Of a DNA stretch of 64,000 bases, positions 49,561-58,725 are shown piece after piece. The first letter of the stretch is position 1. Every line of letters starts with the position of its first letter. The notes beneath the pieces are model-generated. The model saw nothing but the letters and a program-made list of their open reading frames with translations. It had not been told where the DNA came from and made no database searches. The position numbers and the translations under genes were made by a program. The DNA is from Pseudomonadota bacterium (GTDB lineage: Bacteria > Bdellovibrionota_B > Oligoflexia > Oligoflexales > CAIYRB01): NCBI GenBank assembly GCA_031416315.1, contig JANOTL010000153.1, forward strand, positions 32,001-96,000, in the 5' to 3' direction.

Positions 49561-51096
49561 ATGGACGAAGAAAGCATCTCAGGTCCGCTTCCGGGCGACC
49601 CTGTCGAAAAAGTGCCGACCGGCATTGGCGGCCTCGACCTAATCACTTACGGCGGCATCCCGAAAGGGCGCACGACGCTCGTATGCGGCTCCGCCGGCAG
49701 CGCAAAGACGGTGCTTACCGCGCAGTTTCTGGCCGAAGGCATCCGTAAGTGCGGCGACCCGGGCGTCTTCGTCACCTTCGAAGAAAGCCCCGCCGACATC
49801 CGCAAGAACCTCGCGGCCCTCGGCTTCGACATCGCCAAGTGGGAGGCCGAAGGCAAGTGGCTCTTCGTGGACGCTTCACGGCGTCCGGATGACCAGCCCG
49901 TTAAAGTCGGCATCTTCGACCTCAGCGCGCTTTTGGCGCGCATCGAGCACGCCATCAATCGAGTCGGCGCCACGCGAATCGGCCTCGACTCCTTGGGCGC
50001 CGTCTTCAGTCAGATCGACGACGACCGCCTCGTCCGTTCCGAGCTCTTTCGCATCGGCTGGGCGTTGAAGAAGCTGGCCGTCACCTCCCTCATGACGGCC
50101 GAGCGCACCGAAGAGTACGGCCCGATCTCCCGCTTCGGCGTCGAGGAGTTCGTCACCGACAACGTCATCATCCTCCGGAACAGCCTCGACCACGAGAAGC
50201 GCCGCCGCACGATCGAAATCCTGAAGTTGCGCGGGACGAACCACCAGAAGGGCGAATTCCCGTTCACCATCCTGAGCGGCGAAGGGATCGTCATCATCCC
50301 GCTGTCGGCGATCGAGCTGAAGCAGCGCTCGACGGAAGAGCGGGTCACCTCGGGCAATGCCGAGCTCGATCGCATGTGCGGCGGCGGCTTCTTCCGCGAC
50401 TCGATCATCCTGATCTCCGGCGCGACCGGCACGGGCAAGACGCTCGCCGTGTCTGAATTCCTCGCCGGCGGCGCCAAGGCGGGTCAGCGCAGCCTGATCT
50501 TCGCGTTCGAAGAGAGTCGCGACCAGCTGTTTCGGAACGCGGCCGGCTGGGGCGTCAACTTCGAGTCACTCGAAGCTCAAGGTTACCTCAAGGTGGTTTG
50601 CGAGTATCCGGAAAGCGCCAGCTTGGAAGATCATCTGGTTCGCATCCGCTCGACGATCCAGAAGTACAAGCCGACGCGCGTCGCGCTGGACAGTCTCTCG
50701 GCGCTAGAGCGTTGCGCGTCCTCGCGCAGCTTCCGAGAGTTCGTGATCTCCTTGACCGCGTACATCAAGCACGAGGAAATCACGGGCCTCTTTACGGCGA
50801 CAACGTCCGACCTACTGGGCGGCTCGAGCATCACCGAAGCGCACATTTCGACGATCACCGATTCGATCATCCTCTTGCGCTACGCCGAAGTTCAAGGGCA
50901 GATGCGCCGTGGTCTCACGGTCTTGAAGATGCGCGGCTCGATGCACGACAAGGACATTCGGGAGTATACGATCGACGCCACCGGGCTCCACATCGGCAGA
51001 CCATTCCGGGACGTCTCCGGAATTCTGTCTGGCAAGTCGCATCGGACGCCGACCGATGTCGAGCGTTTGAGCGCGATGTTCAAGGATGAGACCTGA
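49561..51096 (+). CDS. kaiC: Circadian clock protein KaiC (double domain)
   Basis: CI GSAGSAKT and FEES; CII GATGTGKT and FEES; SITEAHISTITD; KMRGS.HDK.IRE. Confidence 0.96.
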   Translation: MDEESISGPLPGDPVEKVPTGIGGLDLITYGGIPKGRTTLVCGSAGSAKTVLTAQFLAEGIRKCGDPGVFVTFEESPADIRKNLAALGFDIAKWEAEGKWLFVDASRRPDDQPVKVGIFDLSALLARIEHAINRVGATRIGLDSLGAVFSQIDDDRLVRSELFRIGWALKKLAVTSLMTAERTEEYGPISRFGVEEFVTDNVIILRNSLDHEKRRRTIEILKLRGTNHQKGEFPFTILSGEGIVIIPLSAIELKQRSTEERVTSGNAELDRMCGGGFFRDSIILISGATGTGKTLAVSEFLAGGAKAGQRSLIFAFEESRDQLFRNAAGWGVNFESLEAQGYLKVVCEYPESASLEDHLVRIRSTIQKYKPTRVALDSLSALERCASSRSFREFVISLTAYIKHEEITGLFTATTSDLLGGSSITEAHISTITDSIILLRYAEVQGQMRRGLTVLKMRGSMHDKDIREYTIDATGLHIGRPFRDVSGILSGKSHRTPTDVERLSAMFKDET

Positions 51097-51131
51097 CCGC
51101 GGGGCACTCGAGCTTCTGACAGGAGTTTGTC

Positions 51132-51576
51132 GTGCCGGTCCGTAAATTCGTCACGCAATTCTTTGCGGTCGGGATCCTCGGTTTGACCGGGGCTTGCGTC
51201 ACGAGCGATCGCGCCATTACGAAGACACAGGCGGATCTGTCGCTGGACGGCCTATAATAACGGCAAAGTTGCCGAAGACGTTCGATTCGCGCGCGCCGAT
51301 CAGCTCTACCTGGATGCCGCCAAGAAGTTAGACGAGATCAAGAAGGCAATGGCGCGAGATTCGAGCTTCGTGCACCGCAGGACCGACATCAAGCGCTCCG
51401 GCTCCAAGAAACGACTTGTCGTCGACACGTTCTCCATGCGCAAGGAAAACGGCGACGAGTCACGTCTGATCCTTGCCTGGCACGAAGTCTACGATGCGCT
51501 CGAGACACCCGAACCTTGGGTTCGTCGTCAGATCTTCCAGAAATACACGCCGAAGAGTGGCCGTGTGACGCGATAG
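51132..51576 (+). pseudogene. Frameshifted lipoprotein gene directly after kaiC
   Basis: AGGAG then GTG gives MPVRKFVTQFFAVGILGLTGAC, which stops near 51255; a +1 frame reads openly from about 51187 to 51576. Confidence 0.55.
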
Positions 51577-51663
51577 CTGGTTTTGCGACGACGCGAAGGC
51601 GGCAGCGAGTCAGCTTGGGAAATGGCATTGGAAAATGGCGGACTCTTTTCCTGGCGGAACAGA

Positions 51664-51752
<89 letters not shown>

Positions 51753-51854
51753 AAGCACCCGAATCTAGCCTAGAACTCGGCCCCGCGCTGCAACCATGAC
51801 AGGCCGTGCCAAAGTGCGTAGCCTGAGTATAGTCAATTCGTCGGAGACAACCAA

Positions 51855-53003
51855 ATGCTGCCCCCGCCGAGGCGCCTGGTCGTGCGCTCGGAATTTCAGC
51901 ACATTCTGAGCCTCGCGATGGTCGCGATCTTGCTCGTCGTGCACGCTCGCGGCGCCTTCGCCGACACCTCGTTCGACACGCTGGACTTTCCGAACGCCGA
52001 CGCGAGCAGCCGCTCCCCCCGCCGCCCCGATCGCGACGACCGCGTCCATACCGTCGACCTTCAGTTTTTCGGCGACTTCTACGTCCCGCGTAGCGTCCTC
52101 GAAGACGACCCGCCCCCGGCCTTCTTCGCCGGCCTCACCGAGCAACTCGCGACTTCGCGTCACAACATCGTAAATTTCGAGGGCGCCGCCACCGACGCCG
52201 CCTTCCCGCTGATCCGCAAGGAATACCTTCTCCGCATGCCGAAAGCCGTCGCCAAGCTTCTGGCCGACGCCAAGATCGGTATCGCCACCCTTGCCAACAA
52301 TCACGCCCTGGACTACGGCCAAGCCGGCCTAGAGGACAGCCTTCGCGTCTTGCGCCAAGCGGGGATCGCCACCGTCGGCGCCGGCATGCATGCCGCCGAG
52401 GCCGAGCGCCCTCTGATCTTCCAGAGCGGCGACCGCACCGTCTGCCTCGCCGCCTTCTCGCGCACGCTCCCCGACGTTTTCTGGGCCACTTTAAACCGAG
52501 CGGGTTCTGCCTTCGGCAGTCACGAGGCGATCGCCCTCGCCGCCCGCACCTGTCGCGCCCAAGGCCATTTCACGGTCATCACCTTCCACTGGGGCCGCGA
52601 GAGCATGGACACGCCGATCGGCTACCAACGTGCCCTCGCGCGTTTCGCGATCGACAACGGCGCCGACACCGTCATCGGCCACCACCCCCACGTCATCCAG
52701 GAGATCGAGGTCTACAAGGGCCACCCGATCTTCTATTCGCTCGGCAACTTCGTGTTCGGATCGCGACCCGAAGGCACGACGCCGTCCGGCCTTCTCGTCC
52801 GCATCGCCCTACCGCCGCCGCCCGCGCGGCCCCGATGGGAGCTACAGGCCCTAGATGTCAACAATCACCGCGTGCGCTTCGCGCCGCAGGCCAACACGAC
52901 GCGCAGTTTTTTCCATCCTTCCCTGATGGACCTCGTCGCGCAGCGCAGATGTACCTTCGCTCGCGACCAGGCGCGCTGGATCTGCCGCTTCGAGGGCGGG
53001 TAA
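51855..53003 (+). CDS. CapA-family metallophosphoesterase-like protein
   Basis: GD, VNFE, LANNHALDYG, HWG.E, GHHPHV.Q, YSLGNF.FG. Confidence 0.9.
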   Translation: MLPPPRRLVVRSEFQHILSLAMVAILLVVHARGAFADTSFDTLDFPNADASSRSPRRPDRDDRVHTVDLQFFGDFYVPRSVLEDDPPPAFFAGLTEQLATSRHNIVNFEGAATDAAFPLIRKEYLLRMPKAVAKLLADAKIGIATLANNHALDYGQAGLEDSLRVLRQAGIATVGAGMHAAEAERPLIFQSGDRTVCLAAFSRTLPDVFWATLNRAGSAFGSHEAIALAARTCRAQGHFTVITFHWGRESMDTPIGYQRALARFAIDNGADTVIGHHPHVIQEIEVYKGHPIFYSLGNFVFGSRPEGTTPSGLLVRIALPPPPARPRWELQALDVNNHRVRFAPQANTTRSFFHPSLMDLVAQRRCTFARDQARWICRFEGG

Positions 53004-53035
53004 ATCCCCACGCTCCGAAGCGCTACAACTTTTCT

Positions 53036-53929
53036 TTAGGCCGCGTAGCCCTTCAAGCGCGCGATCCGATCTTCCAAAGGCGGGTGCGTCAGGAAGAAAT
53101 GTGCCAAGCTCCGCTTCCCGTTGATCTTCAGCGCCGCGTAAGCGGGCTGCGCCGTGTCGACCATCTCGCTCGAGCGCTGGAGCGACTGCAATGCCCCGAT
53201 CATCTTGTCGCGACCGGCGAACTGAGCGCCGCCCTTGTCCGCGCGGTATTCCCGCAAGCGCGAGAAGTACGCGACCACGATCGAGCCCAAGATGGTGAAC
53301 GCGATGTCGCAAACGAAGGTCACGACCATTTGCACCATGTAGGACGGCCCGCGCTCGTCGTCGCTGCGCATGGCGTTGGCCACGATGTACCCGATGATCC
53401 GCGCGAAGAACATCGCGAAGGCGTTCACGACGCCCTGGATCAAGGTCATCGTCACCATGTCGCCGTTGGCGACGTGCGCGATCTCGTGGCCGAGCACGCC
53501 TTCTAACTCAGCACGGTTCATGCGGCTCAACAGGCCGGTCGAAACGGCCACGAGCGCCCGAGATTTGGACGGCCCCGTGGCGAACGCGTTGACCTCGGCA
53601 CTCTCGTAGATGCCGACTTGCGGCATTGCTGGCAGCTGCGCAGCTTGCGCCAAGCGGTGCACCATCGACACGAGCTCGCGCTCGGCCCCTCCGGCGGATT
53701 GCGGATCGATGACCTGAACTCGCATCATCCATTTGGCCATCACGCGCGATAGCGCGAGCGAGATGAAGGCACCGCCCATGCCCCAGATCGCGCAATAGAT
53801 CATCAACGACTGATAGTCGATTCCGTACTGGGTCATCCAGCCGCGAACGCCGAGCAACGACGTCACGAGGGAAATCGTCAGCATCACGAGGACGTTCGTG
53901 ACGAGGAACAGAAAGATGCGTTTGATCAT
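53036..53929 (-). CDS. htpX: Protease HtpX
   Basis: NAFATG, VAVSTGLL, HEIAHVANGDM, SR.REYRAD, THPPLE.RI. Confidence 0.96.
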   Translation of the reverse strand: MIKRIFLFLVTNVLVMLTISLVTSLLGVRGWMTQYGIDYQSLMIYCAIWGMGGAFISLALSRVMAKWMMRVQVIDPQSAGGAERELVSMVHRLAQAAQLPAMPQVGIYESAEVNAFATGPSKSRALVAVSTGLLSRMNRAELEGVLGHEIAHVANGDMVTMTLIQGVVNAFAMFFARIIGYIVANAMRSDDERGPSYMVQMVVTFVCDIAFTILGSIVVAYFSRLREYRADKGGAQFAGRDKMIGALQSLQRSSEMVDTAQPAYAALKINGKRSLAHFFLTHPPLEDRIARLKGYAA

Positions 53930-54016
53930 TGAAACGTCGGTCTCCAACCCGGCACAATGCCGTCCATTAGAGGATAGCAGCGCTAGATGAGACCGACGTA
54001 AAGCGAAATATATTAA

Positions 54017-54679
54017 TTATTTTAGCGTTTTATCGCTGCGGACGACGCCCTTGGCGACCGCCTGGCCCGGCGGTAGAACCGGCGGCGGCTGGTTCATCAA
54101 AAGCGCCATGTTCTGAACGAGCCGCGCCGGCTCGTTGGCCCCGTCCTCGGCCGGTAGCCAAACGGCCCCGACCGCACCGGTCGCCTGCGACGCATCCCGC
54201 AACCGCTCGACCGTGTTCTTCACCGTCAGGTCGACGGTGTTCCACGAGTTGCGCGCGACCCGCAGCGAAACGCGGTTCCGATAGACCGCGTTGTCGAGGT
54301 AGTAGCTGTCCCACTCGGTCGTGAGGATGCCGGTCGAACGATCCGCGATCGTCAGAATGTAGTTCTTCAAGAGGACGTTGATCGCCGTGTCCCATACGTC
54401 CTGCTCGCGCAGGGCGAAGCGAAACGTCTGCTTGTCGATCGCATAGATCGTCGCGCGCGCCGGCGCCGTCGACTGCGGCGAGCCGTTCGTCGGCGGCGGG
54501 GGACTCTTCCCCTTCGCGGCGAACATCGACTCCTGCGTCTGCGGCGGCATGTTCGCGGCCGGCCCGCCTTCAGAGCCGCGCCCGTCGGCGCCGTCTTTCG
54601 AGCGGTACTTCTGCAACCGCGCCGGCAAGCAGCCCGCGGCGAACGACGACGCCAAGATGAGCATTACGAGGTGTTTCAT
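54017..54679 (-). CDS. Lipoprotein, possibly BamC/NlpB-like
   Basis: AAGC lipobox; VW......L, D...G.LTTEW. Confidence 0.55.
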   Translation of the reverse strand: MKHLVMLILASSFAAGCLPARLQKYRSKDGADGRGSEGGPAANMPPQTQESMFAAKGKSPPPPTNGSPQSTAPARATIYAIDKQTFRFALREQDVWDTAINVLLKNYILTIADRSTGILTTEWDSYYLDNAVYRNRVSLRVARNSWNTVDLTVKNTVERLRDASQATGAVGAVWLPAEDGANEPARLVQNMALLMNQPPPVLPPGQAVAKGVVRSDKTLK

Positions 54680-54816
54680 ACCTTCCAGTATACCACCTGC
54701 TCCGCCTCAGCGATCGAGCCAGAAGTAGTCGAAAGCGCGTCCCGTCGGTCTAAGGCGACCGGCGCCTGCGTCCACCGATTTGCGTGCTGCCTTGTGATGT
54801 GAGGCGAGTCGAACGC

Positions 54817-54845
54817 AAAAGAGGGCGGCCGTAAAGCCGCCCTTT
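54817..54845 (-). terminator. Intrinsic terminator after mdh
   Basis: AGGGCGGC/GCCGCCCT stem followed by CTTTT. Confidence 0.7.
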
Positions 54846-54867
54846 CCGCAAGTTCCGTCAGCGCGCG

Positions 54868-55860
54868 TTACTTGCCTAGCATGCCCTTGACGACGTCGCG
54901 CTCTTCCACGAGCTCTTTCACGGTGTCCGCGATCTTGCGGCGCGTGAAATCCGAGACCTTTAGGCCCTTGACGATCTCCCACTTCCCGGCGCCCAGCGAG
55001 CGGATGGGGAACGAGAAGATGAGTCCCGGGGGGATGTCGTACGCGTTGCCGTCGGAGGCCACGGCCATCGAGAACCAGTCGCCTTCGGGCGTCTTGGTGA
55101 TCATGCGCTTGATCTGGTCGATGCAGGCACCGGCCGCCGAAGCCGCCGAGGATTTGCCGCGCGCCGCGATGATCGCCGCGCCGCGCTTCTGCACGGTGGT
55201 GAAGAAGTCGCCTTCGAGCCACGAGCGCTCGGTGATGACCTCGGTGACCGGCTTGCCGTTGATCTTCGCGTTCTCGAAGTCCGGCACCATCGTCGAGCTG
55301 TGGTTGCCCCAGATGGCAAAGTTCGTGATCGAGCCCGGGTTGACCTTCGCCTTCAGCGCGAGTTGATGGCGCGCGCGGTTCTCGTCGAGCATCGTCATCG
55401 CGGTGAAGCGCGTCGGCGGAATGTCGCGGCAGCTGTGCTGCGCGATCAGCGCGTTCGTGTTGCACGGGTTGCCGACGACGATCACGTTCAGATCGCTCGC
55501 CGCTTTCGCCAGCGCTTTGCCTTGGCCGATAAAGATCTGGCCGTTGTCTTTCAGTAAGTCGGAGCGCTCCATGCCCGGGCCGCGCGGCTTCGAGCCGACG
55601 AGGAGCGCCCAGTTGATGCCTTGGAACCCTTTTTCCGGGTTGTCGGAGATCTCGATGCCGTCGAGCGTCGGGAACGCGCAGTCTTCGAGCTCCATCGCGG
55701 TGCCTTCGCAGCCTTTGATGGCGGCCGGCAGCTCGACCAAGTGGAGCCGCACTGGCTGGTCTTTGCCGAATACCTCACCGGAGGCGAGCCGGAAGAGCAT
55801 GCTGTAACCGATCTGTCCTGCAGCGCCGGTGACGGCGACGCGAATGGGGGCCTTCATCAC
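54868..55860 (-). CDS. mdh: Malate dehydrogenase
   Basis: [57 protein letters not shown]. Confidence 0.97.
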   Translation of the reverse strand: MMKAPIRVAVTGAAGQIGYSMLFRLASGEVFGKDQPVRLHLVELPAAIKGCEGTAMELEDCAFPTLDGIEISDNPEKGFQGINWALLVGSKPRGPGMERSDLLKDNGQIFIGQGKALAKAASDLNVIVVGNPCNTNALIAQHSCRDIPPTRFTAMTMLDENRARHQLALKAKVNPGSITNFAIWGNHSSTMVPDFENAKINGKPVTEVITERSWLEGDFFTTVQKRGAAIIAARGKSSAASAAGACIDQIKRMITKTPEGDWFSMAVASDGNAYDIPPGLIFSFPIRSLGAGKWEIVKGLKVSDFTRRKIADTVKELVEERDVVKGMLGK

Positions 55861-55887
55861 GAACCTCCTCGAAGTGAGACGTGTAAC

Positions 55888-56616
55888 TTACTCTTTCTCA
55901 GGCGCCTTGACGATCTCGAGGCGCTTCGTTTTCTGCGCAGCCTTGCTGTCTGCTGCATTCGGCTTGTTGATGTTCCAAAAGTCTTCGCTCGGCCGATAGT
56001 CGGCGACGTCGGACCAATGGATCGGCTGCCCGTCCTTCATGAAATAAAGGACCTTCACCTTTTTTGTCGTCTCGAGCTCGTCCTTGCAAACTTTGCACGA
56101 CAAGACTTCTTTCACCGCGCCGTCGATTTTGACTTTGACCTGCGAGTACCGGTTTTGCACGACGGGCCGCGAGCAGAAATAGCAACCCGTCGTCGCGGCC
56201 GGCTTCGGCGCGCCGTGCAGATCCTCGAACTTCACCTGACGGCCGCGCACCGAGTCCTGAAACGCTTGTTGCGCGCGCCCGATCCGCTCGCGGCAGTCGC
56301 GCACGAGGAAGAAGGCCGAGTCGAGGCTCGCGACGTCGGCGCCGAACGGCGGGATCCGGCGCACCGCGGTGAGCAAGGTCTCGAGCACCTTCAGCGTGCC
56401 CTCGTAGTAGTCGAGGACCTTCGGGTCTTTGACCTGCCGGGCCGGCGGCTCCAAGGTGTTGGCCGCCCGAGTCAGCGAGTCGAGCTGCGCCACGCGCTGA
56501 ACGAAGCGGCCACGGTAGCTCTTGGCTTCCCGGAGTTGCCGCTTCTGTTGCCACGAATGCAGGACGAGCACCCCGAGGCCCAAAAGCCCCGCGGTCACCA
56601 ATGGCACCCACCACAT
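55888..56616 (-). CDS. Hypothetical membrane-anchored protein with CxxC...CxxC
   Basis: N-terminal TM; CYFC and CKVC pairs. Confidence 0.7.
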   Translation of the reverse strand: MWWVPLVTAGLLGLGVLVLHSWQQKRQLREAKSYRGRFVQRVAQLDSLTRAANTLEPPARQVKDPKVLDYYEGTLKVLETLLTAVRRIPPFGADVASLDSAFFLVRDCRERIGRAQQAFQDSVRGRQVKFEDLHGAPKPAATTGCYFCSRPVVQNRYSQVKVKIDGAVKEVLSCKVCKDELETTKKVKVLYFMKDGQPIHWSDVADYRPSEDFWNINKPNAADSKAAQKTKRLEIVKAPEKE

Positions 56617-56727
56617 ACCTGAAGTCCTCAAAGATACATGAGCTTACCGCAACATCCCGGAGATTGCTCTCAAGCCTCACGGACTTCCGGCCGACCCAGT
56701 ATAACGAGGCCACTCGGGGAGGCGACC

Positions 56728-56922
56728 ATGGGCATCACATACGAGAACCAACGCGTCGTCTTCGACGTCATCGCCCGCAAGTATAAGGACTATATAGCCC
56801 TTTACCGCCTGTTCAACGGCGGCTCGGTCGAAGGCATCACCTCGTTCGGCGACTTCTACTGGCGCATGGTCTACTTCTCGAAGTACCACGAGCGGAAGAA
56901 CTACGGATCAAGCGGATACTAA
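56728..56922 (+). CDS. Small hypothetical protein (64 aa)
   Basis: GGGAGG RBS, host-like codon usage. Confidence 0.7.
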   Translation: MGITYENQRVVFDVIARKYKDYIALYRLFNGGSVEGITSFGDFYWRMVYFSKYHERKNYGSSGY

Positions 56923-57003
56923 GAGAAAATTCAAAGATTTTGCGTGCTTGATCCTCTCTCATCGCTGGTCTATATCTCCTAGGGTCATCCCAGGAGTCCG
57001 CGG

Positions 57004-58008
57004 ATGGGGAGGAGAGCAGCCACCAAAAGTACCTCGATCGTGGTCAAGCAGACCGACGACGGTTTACATTTGGCGAACTCGATTCTCTGGCTCGACTCTC
57101 GCGTGTCCGGTGATCTCTCGTTTCTTTCCTCGGCGGCGACGTCCACCGAGCTCCCACGCGTCCCGCAAGTGATCGCGACGGAAGAGACGGTGAAGATCCT
57201 CGAAGCCGTCCGACGACGTCCGAACGCGCTCATCTGCCAATACAATCGGCCGTTCTCGATCGGCCGATTGAAGATGGAGCTTTTGCCCTCGGGCTGCGTT
57301 TTAGGCGGCGCTTCGCTCTACGTCGAAACCGACCAGGGCCGTCTTCTTTACGCACCGCAACTGCAGTCGCATCGCATCCCCACGGTGCGCCAAATGCAGC
57401 TAAAGCGCGCGTCCACGCTGATCCTCGGCGTCGCGAATCCGGATCCGTCCGCGACCTCGCCGAACCGCAAGAAAGAGAAAGAGCGCCTCGTCGAGACGGT
57501 CCAAAAATGGGTCGCCAAAGGGCTTTATCCGACCATCGTCTGCGAGCCCGTCGCCATCGCACAGGAGATCACCAAGCTCCTCACCGAGCATAAGATCAGC
57601 CTGGCGGTTCACGAAACCATCTTCAAAGTGAATAAGGTCTACGAGACTTTCGGCTCGATGCTCGGCGACTACAGCAAGTACTCGCGCCGCCACACGCGCG
57701 GCAAAGTCGTCTTGATGCCGAAAGCGAAGAAGCCGGGTGCGACGCTACTCGCGACCGATGCCGCGAAGGGCCCGATCCTCTTCGTCGACGCCTTCGCCGA
57801 GGCCCTGCCGAAGTCCCTGACGGAAGCGGAGCGTTTCGTCATCAGCCCATCCTGCGACGGCGCCGAGATCCGCGAGATCGTCCAGATGGTCAGCCCGAAG
57901 GAGCTGTACATCTTCGGCCCCTATGCGAAACGCTACGTCGACGACCTTCACGGCGCGTGTCCCGTCATCAAGCCGCTCTTCGCCAATGATCAGCCCACGC
58001 TTTTCTGA
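57004..58008 (+). CDS. Degenerate MBL-fold (beta-CASP-like) protein
   Basis: GL.L....LWLD, AT.ET, ELLPSGCVLGGA, LLY; metal-binding His/Asp residues absent. Confidence 0.65.
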   Translation: MGRRAATKSTSIVVKQTDDGLHLANSILWLDSRVSGDLSFLSSAATSTELPRVPQVIATEETVKILEAVRRRPNALICQYNRPFSIGRLKMELLPSGCVLGGASLYVETDQGRLLYAPQLQSHRIPTVRQMQLKRASTLILGVANPDPSATSPNRKKEKERLVETVQKWVAKGLYPTIVCEPVAIAQEITKLLTEHKISLAVHETIFKVNKVYETFGSMLGDYSKYSRRHTRGKVVLMPKAKKPGATLLATDAAKGPILFVDAFAEALPKSLTEAERFVISPSCDGAEIREIVQMVSPKELYIFGPYAKRYVDDLHGACPVIKPLFANDQPTLF

Positions 58009-58216
58009 CGAACGTCTAAGGTTTGGGCACCCCCACCGCATCCCCGTTTCTCACTCATTTCAACAACTTGAAGGCAAGGTTCAACCTGGGCCTCCCTTTG
58101 CAATCGCTTAGACGCGGCTCACGCCGTGCTCTGTACTCCTCTCTCTGTTGCTGCTGTTGTTGCCTTCTCTCTCCTCCTCCTCCCCCCTCCCCGTTGCCGC
58201 TGCTGGAGCCCCTTAG

Positions 58217-58570
58217 ATGCAAGCTGACCTCATTCCGGAATCTTTCTTTCAAGCCCTTTATCCCGAGAGCTCACTCCCGCCCCTTTGGGAAGTGATCTAC
58301 CAAGAGTCGATGCGCGGCCATCACCTCCTCTTCAAGCGCACCGATGTCGACCTCTTCGAGACGCTTTCCGACACCGACGACTCCTGGCTCGAAGAACGTC
58401 TCGAAGGCGAGCTCGAGCGTCTGGTCCTCAAGCTCCTCTCCAAGAACGAGCTCGGCGACATGGTGAAGCTGATCGACGGCGAGCCCGAAGCGATGCGGCG
58501 CCGCCTTTTCGCGTTCTACAAGCGCAGCATCATGCTCTGGAATCAGTACGTGAAAACCCGCCTCAACTAA
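58217..58570 (+). CDS. Hypothetical protein
   Basis: Open frame with host-like codon usage. Confidence 0.65.
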   Translation: MQADLIPESFFQALYPESSLPPLWEVIYQESMRGHHLLFKRTDVDLFETLSDTDDSWLEERLEGELERLVLKLLSKNELGDMVKLIDGEPEAMRRRLFAFYKRSIMLWNQYVKTRLN

Positions 58571-58725
58571 GGCGTTTTCGCGATCTGACCAAGAAATCCC
58601 GGGAGTCATAGCCAAGCCGCAAGTCCGCGTAGGACCTGCGGCTTGAGCTTTTTCGGACGGCGTCGGATATAATTTTCCTATCCCACCCGTGCCGTTCCTT
58701 CCCACTCCGTTCCGGAGACTCCTCC

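Noticed and set aside
58055..58252. Minus-strand ORF with poly-Gly and poly-Gln
   Set aside because: Translation of the low-complexity tract; no RBS and it overlaps the next gene's start
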